Part shown: in pieces, positions 13,001-30,939 of the stretch | Position numbering within the stretch: the stretch's first letter is position 1 | How the letters are laid out: every line of letters begins with the position of its first letter | DNA from: Eledone cirrhosa | Lineage: Eukaryota | DNA length: 64,000 nucleotides | Direction: 5' to 3' | Assembly: GCA_964016885.1 (NCBI GenBank) | Contig: OZ024746.1 | Span: forward strand, 46,810,001 to 46,874,000 | Position numbers and translations under genes: made by a program | The notes under the pieces: generated by a model | Database searches by the model: none | The model's input: the letters and a program-made list of their open reading frames with translations, nothing else | What the model was told of the DNA's origin: nothing

Positions 13001-13439
13001 CAGGGACCCTGCAAAAAAGATCTGTCCGAGGTGCGTGCGAGACGAAGAAACCGTCGCGCACGCATTCATACACTGCCCGGGCGTCACTGACCTGTGGGGC
13101 TATGTGGAACGACTATTGTCGCGGGTGGGACCAATCCAGTTGACCACCGAGTCCATTGTCATGATCAAACCGCCACCCTCCTTCAAAAACGAAGGAGAGG
13201 CGGTTTTCCTTTGTGTGATAGCTATGGCGAAAGAGGTTGTATGGTGGACAAGGTTGAAAGGGCTGAGGTCAGACACCTTTCTCTCCGGCCAACAACTGAT
13301 TCTTTTTTTCAAATACCACTTTGGAAGAAGAATCAGGATGGAGAGAGAGGTGCTGTACCCCAGCAAGTTTTATGAAAGGTGGGTGAAAGTGGCGAGAATG
13401 GCCCGAGTGAATGGGCCTTCTCTCTATATCAGCCTGTAG
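10002..13439 (+). CDS. Tx1-like ORF2: APE endonuclease, reverse transcriptase and C-terminal zinc finger
   Basis: APE motifs LNARGL, GDWN, SYLDRF, SDH. RT motifs KSPGLDG, FRPITLLN, DQSKAFDRV, RQGCPLS, YADD. C-terminal CPRC..ETVAHAFIHC. The first ATG is at 10002; the frame is open from 9978. Confidence 0.95.
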   Translation: MAMLRVGCLNARGLGSTWKQAMLLNDLRSQRIDVMVICEARISNVRQLAPTFDDFEMHASLCQPGGGGGVVVLLQKHLGLATQMVHLDPEGRLVVLDLGSGKGGAFRLVAAYGPFGSMRPDFFHRLETFLGTSRSLLLVGDWNGILDARWDYVGACPDREGCNSLKGLIGRFDLADRYRLDFPTAPTWTWANRSGSSRSYLDRFLVRIKDKDFLSCPKMRIVGYSDHKLVTCMVNLDRTHRQGPGYWKLNLSLPASRAYRNRISTLVKERLTGAIVNSRWWVSLKREIRVVSIEFSKVLAADGNRKERELIDRVEEAIRSGDVARVLASRTALSQFFDAKHEGCVVRSKIRALGNEGTKAVSWARVTEANSGTKSTIRSLRDLDGRAILEPKQMCEAFQRHFARLFGRGGEPVGNVDFGPYLDGLPRLSDREAKSCEEPISAAEIEDVLSQCGKRKSPGLDGLPYELYLAMPDLFPDLLEAVYCNWQQNGRIPCTVTKGVVTLVRKDENKGDEISNFRPITLLNTELQILAKVLAKRLALVVGNLVGDAQTCAIPSRSIHDNLHLMRYIIERVGNEPGFGGALINLDQSKAFDRVDHGYLDAVLAAAGFGPVFRGWITAMHSSRICSRVKVNGYLSEPFKIARSIRQGCPLSSLLYVLTLEPLLRKLELLQGIPLEPGLRKAVSAYADDVTVMVSTASEIEAVGTLLEEYEKFTGAKLNRDKSIGLQLGTWRGRPMPSDGVVGRWTEGPVKLLGVWFGPDLQVEKNWNEVTAKVFALTQKWAECKLSLKGRAEVANTFIASAIYYRLTVVPCPAKTLAKMERALFRFLWKRRAPLVRRSICCQHPSNGGLGMPWLTMRKHALRLRHLYVFLTGQPVWAPFVRRAFPRLVSLTELQSWVKQRPRKMGDWHIECAQALTALWQADPAISGDSTSSFYRGLVRSKCDDALGETLGVEEDELASLFGRTFRPGPMDNFQKSLAWQCYRGALPVRDKLYRHGRPGRDPAKKICPRCVRDEETVAHAFIHCPGVTDLWGYVERLLSRVGPIQLTTESIVMIKPPPSFKNEGEAVFLCVIAMAKEVVWWTRLKGLRSDTFLSGQQLILFFKYHFGRRIRMEREVLYPSKFYERWVKVARMARVNGPSLYISL

Positions 13440-13678
13440 GTTGAGGAAAAGGAGGAGGAGAGGAAAGGAGTACAAGCTCTTCGTACTCCTGGAGATGAGG
13501 GTTGCACATTTTTTTCGGGGGTCTGTGTTACCCATATAAACTGTCTCCCTCTATTGGGGAAAATCGACTAACTTTTAAATTCCATCTGTGATAACATTTT
13601 ACACGTTTTTATTGTATGTAAACTTCCCCCTTTGTATTTGTCCCCTTCTTTTGTGCCCCTGTGGCTAATAAAGAAATA

Positions 13679-13828
<150 letters not shown>

Positions 13829-13884
13829 GATACATACATACATACATACATACCCACACATATATACATTTATATAGACTTAAA

Positions 13885-14110
13885 AGAGGAGGTGCATTGG
13901 CAGGTTCGGTAGAGCGTCGGACAGCATGCTTTATGGCATATAGGTGCGGCCCTTTACGTACTATGTTCAAATCCCACCGATGTTATCGTTGCCTTTCATC
14001 ATTACTTAGTCAATAAATTAACGTACCGTTGACGCACTGGGGTTGATTTAATCGACTTTCTCCTTTACTTTAAATTGCTGGCCTTGTGCTAAAAGTAGAA
14101 ACAATTATTG
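13885..14110 (+). mobile_element. Diverged tRNA-derived SINE
   Basis: TGGCAGGTTCGG A-box-like, GTTCAAATCC B-box and the family tail GCTGGCCTTGTGC..GTAGAAACAATT. Confidence 0.75.
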
Positions 14111-14236
14111 TGTCATAATTTGTGTGCGTGTGTCTCCAAAAGACACCACTTTATTTTTCTCTCTGGGGTTGTGTAACACAAATCATTCACAACCCCTTCC
14201 TTTGTAAGTTACTGTCATTATAAACCCATATGTGCG

Positions 14237-14418
14237 GTGAATTGGCAGTATCGGTAGAGGGTCGGACGCCATGCTTTGAAGCATAGGGTTACGGCCCTTG
14301 CCATTCCGAGTTCAAATCCCGCCGAGGATAACTTTGCCTTTCATCCTTACGGAGTCGATAAAATAAAGTACCAGTAATACACTGAGCAATTGCTGGCCTT
14401 GTGCCAAAAGTAGAAACA
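14237..14418 (+). mobile_element. tRNA-derived SINE with 20-bp target-site duplication
   Basis: A and B boxes present. ATTATAAACCCATATGTGCG occurs at 14217-14236 and 14419-14438. Confidence 0.9.
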
Positions 14419-15033
14419 ATTATAAACCCATATGTGCGACTTTACTATATATAGAGAGAGATATAGAGAGATAGATAGATATAGAAATATAGCAAAGTAG
14501 TATACGGGGAAAGAAATGAAATAGGTTGGACGAACGAATAAATGTATGTATGCATAGCCAAGCATGACTGTGTGATTAAGGATATGACTGCACTGCCATG
14601 TGGCTTTCAATACAGTCCCAGATCATGGAACATTCGGCAAGTGTCCAGGGGTTAACCAATACTTTTTCAGTGAAGTCTGACGTACCTCTGTGTGTTTACG
14701 TTTACTTTTCATTTATTCCCTAACAAAAAGATTGTTAAAATAACGTACAAGTCTTGAAACAAATAACTACTGGGTTCCCCTTATTATGTTCGACTAAATT
14801 CAGTCAAGGGGCTGCTCTCCAATAAAATGTGTACTCATGCGCACATAAACACACACACACACACTCTCTCTCGCCCTCTCTCTCCCTCTCCATCTCTCTC
14901 TCTTTATATATATATATATATTTGTGTGTGTGTCCCCAAAACTTTAAGATCCTCTTCCTGCTATTTCAAGCGTTAAACTAATATATTGCAGCCATATACT
15001 GTGCCATTTCTTTTCTTATTTCTGCTTACCTTT

Positions 15034-15100
<67 letters not shown>

Positions 15101-15237
15101 GTACATGTATGTATGTATATGTATATACGGATGTATAGGCTTATCCGTAGATAAAAGGCCAAGGAATACAATGTTCAACCTATCGCAAGAGGGCGTATTC
15201 AAAATAATTGAAATGTCATACAGTTAGAATGTATGCA

Positions 15238-15583
15238 CGACCTTAGGTTTCGGGGTCCACTTATGGCCACCACCGTATAATGGAGGAGCCATTTCAATTT
15301 TGGCCTCGACCTTAGGTTTCGGGGTCCACTTATGGCCACCACCGTATAATGGAGGAGCCAATTCAATTTTGGCCTCGACCTTAGGTTTCGGGGTCCACTT
15401 ATGGCCACCACCGTATAATGGAGGAGCCATTTCAATACTGGCCTCGACCTTAGGTTTCGGGGTCCACTTATGGCCACCACCGTATAATGGAGGAGCCATT
15501 TCAATACTGGCCTCGACCTTAGGTTTCGGGGTCCACTTATGGCCACCACCGTATAATGGAGGACCCATTTCAATACTGGCCTC
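15238..15583 (-). repeat. Five tandem copies of a 69-bp unit made of the 3' part of a hammerhead ribozyme
   Basis: Units start at 15238, 15307, 15376, 15445 and 15514. The minus-strand unit ends GAAA-CC-TAA-GG-TC and is preceded once by GGCTC-CCGATGA (15584-15595). Confidence 0.85.
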
Positions 15584-16391
15584 TCATCGGGAGCCAGAAC
15601 AAAATTACAAATAAAAACTTTTAGTCCACCAACTGGACCCGAAACCTAAGGTCGCACTTCAGTGTATGAATTTTAATTATACTACACACACAGACACACA
15701 CACATATATATATTTATATATATATATATATTTTTTTTCTTCTTAATAATCGTTTTTTTCTCCCTGTTTTCATATATATATACATATATATATATATACA
15801 AATATATACATATATATATATACATATATACAAATATATACATACATATATATTCAAATATATACATGTATATGTATATATATATATATATATATATACA
15901 AATATATACATACAAATATACATACAAATATATATACAAATACATACATATATATATACAAATATATATATACATATATATATATACAAACATATACGTA
16001 CATATATATACAAACATATACGTACATATATATATATATATATATATACACACACCTTCTTTGTTTTATGTATCATCTCTCTATCTTTTTCTTTTTCTCC
16101 TCTATTTAGCTCTCTCTCTCTCTCTCATTTGCTTCTTCTCTATTACCTATGTTTACATGTTTAATTATTTAATTTTTTAACTGTTATGTACTTATATCTT
16201 TATATATTTTACTTGTATTTATATATACTTATAGTATTATTTTATACACGTTTTCCTACGCACCCTCTCAATTATATGTAGTTTGTCATGTTACTACCCA
16301 TGGTATATAAATATTGAGTTTTGTCATAACTAATCACTGCCAAAACTGGAATCGAACCATCAGCACAGTTGAGGTATGTCAGACATCAATT

Positions 16392-16457
16392 TATTTTATC
16401 TGATGAGGACGTACTGATGAAATAGCTCAGTACCTCTGAAATATATATAATAAAATA
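16392..16457 (+). ncRNA. Minimal type I hammerhead ribozyme in a pLTR-like fragment
   Basis: TATTTTAT-CTGATGA-(GTACTGA..TCAGTAC hairpin)-GAAA-T-ATAT-A-TA-ATAAAATA, with an 8-bp perfect stem I. Confidence 0.8.
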
Positions 16458-16559
16458 TATTTGATCACATGAATGTCTATATTTATTAATATTTTGAAGT
16501 AATATATATATGTATATATATATTATATATATATATACATATATATGTATATAGATAGA

Positions 16560-16595
<36 letters not shown>

Positions 16596-16858
16596 TATAT
16601 ATATATATATATGTATATGAATGTATATATAGTGTATGTCTCACTTACTTTAAATTTTCAGCTGAAGTGAGACTGTCACTACTCTAAAACAATAGCATAA
16701 GGTCTTCGAAATGCTTTAAATTAAGCATAGCGTATTGCAAAATACACTGTATATACATTCATATATATATCGCTATTTCAGAGCACCAATTCTAATATAT
16801 GTATATATTTGTATATATATATAGACAAATATATACATATATTAGAATTGGTGCTCTG

Positions 16859-18385
<1,527 letters not shown>

Positions 18386-18460
18386 GAGGCGATGAATTAG
18401 TTTTGCGAGGTTTTTTATATGAAATCGTGTGTCGAAACAGATATTGTTATATTTGGGGAG

Positions 18461-20295
18461 CTAATATAGCTAGCAACTACAGGATCTCCTACTTCCTCTC
18501 AATGGTTATACGCCCCATAATCAAGATGTCCCCAGATGTATGTGAAAGTACAGAGGACCTCCTCAGCAGAATCAGTGAGTGCAACAAAAACAGGAGCCTA
18601 TCCAACTGCATAATAGGCAGCATGGATGTGGTGTCACTGTACCCATCCATTAACATTGATTTTGCTGTGAAAAGATGTGTGGAGATGATCATTGAGAGTG
18701 AGGTGGAGTTCTGCGACGTCGACACAGACGAACTGGGCCTCCTACTTAGACTTACCTACGACACTGACTACCTAGACAGCCATGACCTTAGATGTTTCTG
18801 CCCTAGTAGACCTATAAGAGGTAGACCCCCCACCATAACCTCAATGGCTAAAAAGACTCCCATAGGAAGGTGGATTGGGTGGACCAAAGCTATACGGACC
18901 CCCCAAAACACTGATCAGGTAAGAAAAATGGTCGCACATGCAATAGGGGCTAGTATCAAAACTACCCTAAAGGTCCACATATTTAAGTTCAATGAGAAAA
19001 TCTACACCCAAAATGAGGGAGCAGCCATCGGCGTCAGCATAGCTGGTGATGTTGCCAACCTTTTCATGGTATGGTGGGAAAGGAGACTTAAAGATCTCCT
19101 TAATGAAAGCTCCATAGACCTCATCATGTACTCTCGTTATGTAGACGATATCAATATAGTTATAAGAACACCCCCACTAGAGAGCACTAACAAGTTTGAT
19201 TTAGAACGTAGCACGATGGAAAGCATCCAGCAGATAGCTAATTCCATACACCAGAGTATAACTGTAACTATAGACTTCCCTTCCAAACACCCTAAGAATA
19301 GACTACCTGTATTAGACACAGAACTCTGGATTAACACTATAGACGAGAGAGCCCAAATTCTCCACTCACACTATGCTAAACCCATGGCCTCCAAATACCT
19401 GATACTCAAAAACTCAGCAATGTCCAGTAGTGCTAAGTTTAATATTCTGATCGCAGATTTGGTACGAGTGATGAAGAATGTGTCCAGCATGTGCGACCCA
19501 ACAGAAATGGAAGGACACATCCAACACTTCATCAACCGCATGCAGTTCTCTGGCTACAACCAAAGAGACAGAGTCAGAGTATACGAAGGAGCCATGGAAA
19601 AGTATAAGACCCTCATAGAACTGGACATGAAAGGAATTTGCCCACTATACAGGAGCAAATCATGGAATAGCTTAGATAGGGCTAGACATAAGATAGGGAA
19701 GGCCACATCATGGTACGACAACCAGAGATATCAGAGTGTCATGTTTGTGGACGCCACCCCTGGAGGGAAAATAGCTAACCAGTGTAGAAAGGCCCTGAGA
19801 AAGACCCACTTAAAAATAAAGGTGGTAGAAAAGCCAGGAACCACCATAAAATCCCTGATCAGCAAAACCTACCCTTTTAAGAAAACCCACTGTACCAATA
19901 GGAAATGTATCATATGTAAGGTGAACCCCCGGATAAACTGTAAAACTAGAAACGTAGTCTATAGCATAAGATGTACAGAGGGTACTTGCAGAAACACGAC
20001 AACAACATACATAGGTGAGACAGCTCGTAGCATAGGTGAAAGGATAGACCAACACTGGGGGGAACTAAAAGGACGAAAAAACGGGTCAGTACTATACGAA
20101 CATGCTAGACAACAACATGACGGTAACATAGACAACATAGAAATTAGAATAATATCTAAACATAGGAATGACCCAGCAGATAGGCAAATCAGAGAGGCCA
20201 GTGAAATAGAAATTAGAAGACCAAAGCTAAACAGAAAGAATGAGTGGAACAACAACAACACCCAAACAAACAACACTGACCTAAGAGAAGTATAA
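18461..20295 (+). CDS. Penelope-like reverse transcriptase and GIY-YIG endonuclease (N-terminally truncated)
   Basis: MDVVSLYPSI, GAAIGVSIAGDVANLFM, RYVDDI, LPVLD, a Cys-rich linker and NVVYSIRC..YIGETARS..ER..QH. The first ~20 codons of the ORF track entry come from the inverted pLTR. Confidence 0.92.
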
Positions 20296-20564
20296 ATAAA
20301 TAAGTAAATTAAATTAAATAAAATAAGATAAATAAATACATACACAAGCACATAAACACACACTAGTCACCCAGCAGACACAACACTATACACACTAGTC
20401 ACACATCACACATAACACTATACACACACGCAAACGCATGCGCAAAGAAGACAAAATAAAATAAGATAAACAAACAAGCAAATAAATAAATAAATATATA
20501 GACAGACTGAACAAAAAAAAATGGCGTAGACATACAACACAACAGGAGGAACAATGAATATAAC

Positions 20565-20605
20565 ACCACTGACGATGTTGCAGATGTGCAACGAAAGATT
20601 TATGT
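20565..20605 (+). ncRNA. Hammerhead motif in the PLE pLTR (weak stem I)
   Basis: CTGACGA-T-GTTGCA-GATG-TGCAAC-GAAA-G-AT-T-TA. It is positionally homologous to the better-paired copy at 25423. Confidence 0.6.
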
Positions 20606-20856
20606 AAATTATGTAAACTATATATATATGTGTTTGTCTATATTGTATCTGTATTATTTTTGACCGCCGGTCAGTCAATGGCAACATTGAGGACCGAGTA
20701 AGTTAGATCGCAGATATATATATATAAAAGACAGCGAGAAGCGAAAACCAACCAAACAGTGAGTGTGTTCTGTTATTAATTCTGGCAATATTACGCAAAT
20801 ATGACCCTCCCCAAATATAACAATATATATATAGATATATATAGATATATATATAT

Positions 20857-20899
<43 letters not shown>

Positions 20900-21070
20900 T
20901 ATATATATAGATATATATATATATATATATATATAGATATATATATATAGATATATATATGTATATATAGATATATACATAGATATATAGATATATACAT
21001 AGATATATATAGATATATATATAGATATATATAGATATATATATAGATATATAGATATATATATATATAT

Positions 21071-21113
<43 letters not shown>

Positions 21114-21236
21114 GGAGGTGAGTTTTATTGTAGTACAATAAAGCAATGCAGATATCGGATAAGAAGCACTCTACAGTTTGTGGGACTGGAGTATGCATAA
21201 TATAAGATCAAAAGATGGTTAAAGGAGTTCAATATA

Positions 21237-21303
21237 TTTTATTATGCGCATTTCAAAAACAAACATCATCAAACAATAATATTTGTGTTTTCATCAGATA
21301 AAA
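21237..21303 (-). ncRNA. Minimal type I hammerhead ribozyme (inverted pLTR copy)
   Basis: Reverse complement of the motif at 23890-23954. Confidence 0.8.
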
Positions 21304-21408
21304 CAGGAGAACATGATATGAAGGCTAAAAAAACACTTGTTGATAGTGCAGTTTTAAATCAACATATGAAAAGTGGTTTTAGATTGATGTGTGATATTGG
21401 GAAAAAAA

Positions 21409-22395
21409 GCCGGCTATCCAGATAAAATCAAATATAATAAAGAAACAAATTCTAGGAAAACTTACAGTAGAATATTTAATCATAACCATTCCAATAATTT
21501 TAATAAAAGACCTAGATACAAAAACATAATCTGGTATAATGCTCCTTTCTCCATCTCTATTAATAACAATATTCCTAAATTATTTTTTAGTGCCTTAAAT
21601 AAATGCTTCCCTCCCTTACATATCTATAGTAAAATATTTAACAAACACACCATCAAATTTTCGTATTCTACATCCTCCAATATTTCCAACATCATTTCTA
21701 AACACAACAACAAAATATTAAATACTAAATCTCTTCCTTCCAATATTGAATCTCATAATAACAATAATAGTACTCCTGACGTCATTGTAAACCCTAGGCT
21801 AACTTCTGTAAACCCAAATGCAACGTCAAACACAACTTCGCTAAATGTTCATAATCCAACTCTAAATCAAGAAACTATTATTCCTATTATTCCTATCACA
21901 AACAACTTCTCCAATCCAATTCCTTCTATAGATAACACTAGATCACTCATTAATAATCTCTCTAATTGCAACTGCCGCATTAAAAATAAATGTCCTCTCA
22001 ACAACCATTGCCTCGATAAAAACTTAATTTATGAATGTAAAATTATAACTAGCACCAATTCCTTCACCTATTTTGGCTCCACTTCCACCTCTTTTAAAGC
22101 TCGTCTCTATAATCATCATTCATCTTTCAAATACAAACTTAAAAGAACTAACACTGCTCTCTCAGAACTCATATGGTCCTTAAAAGACAAAAACATTAAA
22201 TATAACATCTTTTGGAAAAAGATTTCTTCTGCATCCTCGAACTTGAACAGTTCTCTATCTAAAATCTGTAATCTCTGCCTAAATGAAAAATTTACCATTA
22301 TCTCTAACCTAGAATCCATAATAAATAGACGCTCGGATTTGTTTTCCATCTGCCTGCATAAATTCCATAGAACTTTTCACAAAGTATACAGTTAA
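21409..22395 (+). CDS. C-terminal part of a PLE protein (linker and GIY-YIG endonuclease)
   Basis: IIWYNAPFS, IFNKHTIKFSYS, CNCR..CPL..CL, LIYEC..TYFGST..FKARLYNH, CNLCLNEK. The RT core is missing. Confidence 0.85.
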   Translation, partial: AGYPDKIKYNKETNSRKTYSRIFNHNHSNNFNKRPRYKNIIWYNAPFSISINNNIPKLFFSALNKCFPPLHIYSKIFNKHTIKFSYSTSSNISNIISKHNNKILNTKSLPSNIESHNNNNSTPDVIVNPRLTSVNPNATSNTTSLNVHNPTLNQETIIPIIPITNNFSNPIPSIDNTRSLINNLSNCNCRIKNKCPLNNHCLDKNLIYECKIITSTNSFTYFGSTSTSFKARLYNHHSSFKYKLKRTNTALSELIWSLKDKNIKYNIFWKKISSASSNLNSSLSKICNLCLNEKFTIISNLESIINRRSDLFSICLHKFHRTFHKVYS

Positions 22396-22826
22396 TATTC
22401 AATTCTTTATCAATTTAGAATCTTTTCTCAAAGGCACATATACATACACCTCTTTAAAATATACCCATCTACCTTACTTTAAAGGGCATTATACACTCTA
22501 TAATACTCGTTTACTCATCCTATCTTCTCGTAAAACAATAACATTTGTTTTTGACATTTTGAATATTCATCCGCAATCATTATTATTTTTTTCCCTCTAT
22601 CATAAATCTTTTTAATCTCAATTTCATCCTTAATTTATTATTATATATTTTTTTAATATATACTCATATATTCTTTAAAATATACCCATCTACCTTACTT
22701 TAAAGGGCATTATACACTCTATAATACCCGTTTACTCATCACCCTCATTATATCTCCTCGTAAAACAATAACATTTGTTTTTGACATTTTGAGTATTCAT
22801 CCGCAATCATTATTATTTTTTCTCTC

Positions 22827-23024
22827 GGTGGAGAGGGATTGGCGGTGGATTGGCACTATCAGTAGAGGGTCGGACGCCATGCTTTCCAGCATAGTTACGT
22901 CCCTTTACAATCTGAGTTCAAATCCCGCCGAGGTTGACTTTGCCTTTCATCCTTACGGGGTCGATAAAATAAAGTACCAGTAATACACTGGGTAATTGCT
23001 GGCCTTGTGCCTAAAGTAGAAATA
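22827..23024 (+). mobile_element. tRNA-derived SINE with 18-bp TSD, nested in the PLE 3' region
   Basis: ATTATTATTTTTTCTCTC occurs at 22809-22826 and 23025-23042. A and B boxes present. Confidence 0.9.
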
Positions 23025-23889
23025 ATTATTATTTTTTCTCTCTATCATAAATCTTTTTAATCTCAATTTCATCCTTAATTTATTATTATTTTTTTCTCCC
23101 CATCAACGAACTCATTATTAATACATATGAATTCAATATAAAAACTTTAACTTCACATTATTTTTCTCAAATCCTTCTACACAAACTTTTTCTCTTTGCT
23201 AATTTTAAAATTCCTACATTTCTCCTTTTGACGTTAGAATATTCACCCACAATTATTATTTTTTTCTCTCTATCTCCATACATAATCTCCCTTCGTTATT
23301 TTTTTCTCTCTATCTCCATACATAATTTCCCTTCGTTAATTTTCAAATTCCTTTAATTTATACATTATCTTCCAACGGTTCCCAACCTCTCTATTTTTCA
23401 AATTCCTTTAATTTATACATTATCTTCCAACGGTTCCCAACCTCTCTATATTAAAACATTATATCTTTTTCTCAGTTATAAAAACTATCTCTTTCTCTCT
23501 ATCACCCATCTCTCCCTTTCACCTTCACTCTCATCTCTCCCTTTTTTTCATCCTTTCCACCCCACCCCCTCCCTAAATATAATATATTTTTTCCTCGCAC
23601 ATATCCTCCTTCGTTAATTTTCAAAATTTTTAATTTATACAGTATCTTCCAACGGTTTTCAACCCCTCTATATAAAATATATCTCCTCTCTGTTATAAAA
23701 ACTATCTCTTTCTCTCTATCACCCATCTCTCCCTCTCATCTCCTTCCCTTTTCATCCTTTCTCTCCCCCCCTCTCTAAATAAAATATTTTTCCCAATATC
23801 ACACATCAATCTAAAACCACTTTTCATATGTTGATTTAAAACTGCACTATCAACAAGTGTTTTTTTAGCCTTCATATCATGTTCTCCTG

Positions 23890-23954
23890 TTTTATCTGAT
23901 GAAACACAAATATTATTGTTTGATGATGTTTGTTTTGAAATGCGCATAATAAAA
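23890..23954 (+). ncRNA. Minimal type I hammerhead ribozyme in the PLE pLTR
   Basis: TTTTAT-CTGATGA-(long stem II region)-GAAA-TGCGCA-TA-ATAAAA, with a palindromic stem III. Confidence 0.82.
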
Positions 23955-23986
23955 TATATTGAACTCCTTTAACCATCTTTTGATCT

Positions 23987-25297
<1,311 letters not shown>

Positions 25298-25680
25298 ATG
25301 AACACAAACACACACAGACACCCGGATGTGGCGCATGCGCAAACTGAGCACGCAACCCACACACAAACAAAATGGCGTAGGATAGAAGAAAGGAAAGGCA
25401 CAGAAACGAAGAAAGAAATCCCAGTCACTGAAGAGGTCACAGAGTGTGTGACGAAAGAACTATGACTATATATATATAAACAACTATCTGGTTGTGGAAC
25501 CAACCAACCAACCAGAAATTTATAAATTTGTAAATTTATAAATATATATTAAATTAAATTGAAGTGAAAGCAACTGGTGCGTGTGTTTCTTATTGGCAAC
25601 ATGACCCTCCCAAAGTATAACAATATCGGTTTCAACACACGATTTCAGATAAAGAATCTTGCTAAACAAATTCAGAAACG
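25298..25680 (+). mobile_element. Solo pLTR related to the PLE at 18385-20826
   Basis: Shares CGCATGCGCAAA, AAAATGGCGTAG, the hammerhead and ATGACCCTCCC..TATAACAATAT with 20420-20826. Flanked by (TA)n. Confidence 0.8.
25423..25467 (+). ncRNA. Minimal type I hammerhead ribozyme
   Basis: AGTCA-CTGAAGA-G-GTCAC-AGAGTGT-GTGAC-GAAAG-AA-CTA-TGACT. Stems I and II are perfect. Confidence 0.85.
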
Positions 25681-28239
<2,559 letters not shown>

Positions 28240-29029
28240 ATTTGAGCATGTGTATCATTAAAAACATATGAACCAATGTGTGAGTATGACTAGGATCTAA
28301 TTCTTAGTAGCCCTTGCTACTGTTGGTGTTGTTTTCAGTATTTTTCTCAAATGCCGCCCCCGCTACTTTGGTACATTCTCCCCCTCCCGCCTACGCTAAA
28401 CATAAATATATTTCAAGAAAAGTGAGGGTCACCCTGGGCGACAATGTTCGTTGTGTAAAAGCAGCAACAACAATTAAATACAAAAACAAAACTTCAATAA
28501 TAATATCAACTAATATAACTATAGTGTGTCAACCTGGTAGCATTTTTGTGGTACCTTGAAATGCTAAAAATAGCAGCTAATACACCTCAAAACCATATCG
28601 AACTACTCGGTAGTTAATATTATAGCTCTGGATTTAAACAAAGTCGAGCTGGTCACAGTTGGTTCGCCTTAGATCTTAAGTCTATTTCATCAATGCTGAC
28701 AGGGGGGGGGGGATAAGCAGCAACTGCCGCAGCAATGTCATCGTTCACAAAACAACATCAAGCACTACAACGACAACAACTGCAATTCATCAACAAATAC
28801 AACACCATCTTCTACAACAATACTAACTAGCCAACATAGGTTCCAATACGTAATGGCGGGACCTGCTAGACATAACAGCCAAAGGTCTCTCAAATCACGC
28901 CCTGCCGTCAGAATAAAAAAAAACAGGAAAATCAACGTAGAAAAATGAAGATATTGTCTAAAACAATGAAAGCATTGATATGGCTGCAGTGCCTGCCATC
29001 GCAGTTACTGGCGATCAGGTCTGACTTGC

Positions 29030-29945
29030 GACCGAATAACAAATATTACCACAATAACAGCAGCAACAATAACAGCAGCAACAGAAGTAGCTGCAGCAAC
29101 AGATACAACAGTACAAAGAACAGCAACAACACAAACATCACCTGTAATAATAGCAGCACCTGCAGCACCACAACCAGAAAGATCTAAAATAACAGTAATT
29201 ACTATGTCAGTAGCAACAAAGTATGACAGAAATAGCAGCAGCAGCAGTAACAGCCACACGAGCTACAACGAGAGCAACAGCAACATCAACAAAAGTAATA
29301 GCAGCAACAAAAACCGCTACAGCAACTCAGCAGCAGCAACAACCTCAGCAACAATAACCTCAGCAGCAATAATCCAGCAGCAACAATCCAGCAGCAACAA
29401 GAACCGCAACAGCAACAACATCAACAACAAGAACCGCAACAACAACAACCTCAACAGCAATAACCTCAGCAGCAGCAACCTCAGCAGTAACAACAACCTC
29501 AGCAGCAAGAAGAAACACTCAGCAACAACATCAACAACAAGAACCGCAGCAACAACAACCTCAACAACAACAACCTCAGCAGCAGCAAGAAGTGCAGCAA
29601 CAAGAACTGCAGCAACAACAACCGCAGCAACAACAACCGCAGCAACAACAACCGCAGCAACAACAACCTCAACAGCAACAACCTCAACAGCAACAACCTC
29701 AACAGCAACAACTGCAGCAGCAATAACCTCAACAACTGCAGCAGCAACAACAGATACAACAGAAGAAGCAACAACCGCAAATATAGCAGTAGTAGTAGAA
29801 ATTAAAATATCAGCAATTTTACGATCTGCAGCAACAGCAATAGCAGCAGCAACAGTAATAGGAGGAACAGAAATTGCGACATCAGCAGCCACAATAAACA
29901 AATCAACATATGCAACAGTTACAATACCAACAACAACAATAAAAC
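29030..29945. repeat. Degenerate CAG/CAA trinucleotide low-complexity tract
   Basis: Runs of (CAA/CAG) with local 15-bp and 12-bp periodicities. Confidence 0.9.
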
Positions 29946-30180
29946 AATTTCTATGTGGTCACTCAAACCGTACATCTAAAACTAAATGTGATGGTCATGT
30001 TTGGAATACATTTAAATATGAGTCTCTTCGATCAAGATCGAGTAGAGGCTAAGCAATAACATCAACAAAACAACAATACTAATAACTGTTGCCGCATTTT
30101 CACAGTTGTTCTTCAAGGAGAATTTATGCACTAACTTCAACATTTATTTATGAATGTAGATCATGTCAAATATATGATAT

Positions 30181-30365
30181 ATAATTGTTTCTACTTTTGG
30201 CACAAGGGCAGCAATTACCCAGTGAATTACTGGTACTTTATTTTATCGACCCCATAAGGATGAAAGGCAAAGTTAACCTCGGCGGGATTTGAACTCAGAA
30301 TGGAAAGGGCCGTAACTCTTTGCGTCAAAGCATGGGGTCCGACCCTCTAGCGATACTGCCAATCC
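30181..30365 (-). mobile_element. tRNA-derived SINE
   Basis: Reverse complement of the family at 22827, with A and B boxes. Confidence 0.85.
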
Positions 30366-30486
30366 TATAATGTAGCCGCATATACTCATGCATCCACCAC
30401 GTCCTTACCCACGAAAATGCTTCTTGTACTTACGAAACCTGAATTCAGAATGTGATACATTGTAAATATATGCAAAAAGAGGTGCG

Positions 30487-30611
<125 letters not shown>

Positions 30612-30634
30612 AAAATACACTCATACCCACTGAC

Positions 30635-30768
30635 ATAGTTTTCTGTAAATAGAAGGCTATGTAGAAGCACATACACACAAGCACACATACCAGACAACAT
30701 GATCACATACACATATAACATATATATATATATATATATATAAACGAAACTTCATCGTTTTTCTTCGC

Positions 30769-30831
<63 letters not shown>

Positions 30832-30875
30832 TCGTTTATCTTCGCATATATACATATATATAATATATACATATA

Positions 30876-30939
<64 letters not shown>

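Larger units (their letters stand above)
7986..13676 (+). mobile_element. Full-length Tx1-clade (L1 group) non-LTR retrotransposon inserted in (TATC)n
   Basis: Two long uninterrupted ORFs and AATAAA at 13667. (TATC)n lies directly on both sides (about 7927-7983 and 13678-13735). Confidence 0.9.

Noticed and set aside
10454-13535. Short overlapping ORFs within Tx1 ORF2
   Set aside because: They are shadow frames of a GC-rich coding sequence.
14240-14325. tRNA gene
   Set aside because: The A and B boxes belong to a multicopy SINE with TSDs, and I could not see a complete cloverleaf.
15199-15614. 23-aa repeat proteins
   Set aside because: They are by-products of the 69-bp tandem repeat, open in several frames.
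29204-30052. 282-aa Ser/Asn/Thr/Ala-rich ORF
   Set aside because: It is open only because of CAG/CAA repeats, on both strands, and shows no domain.
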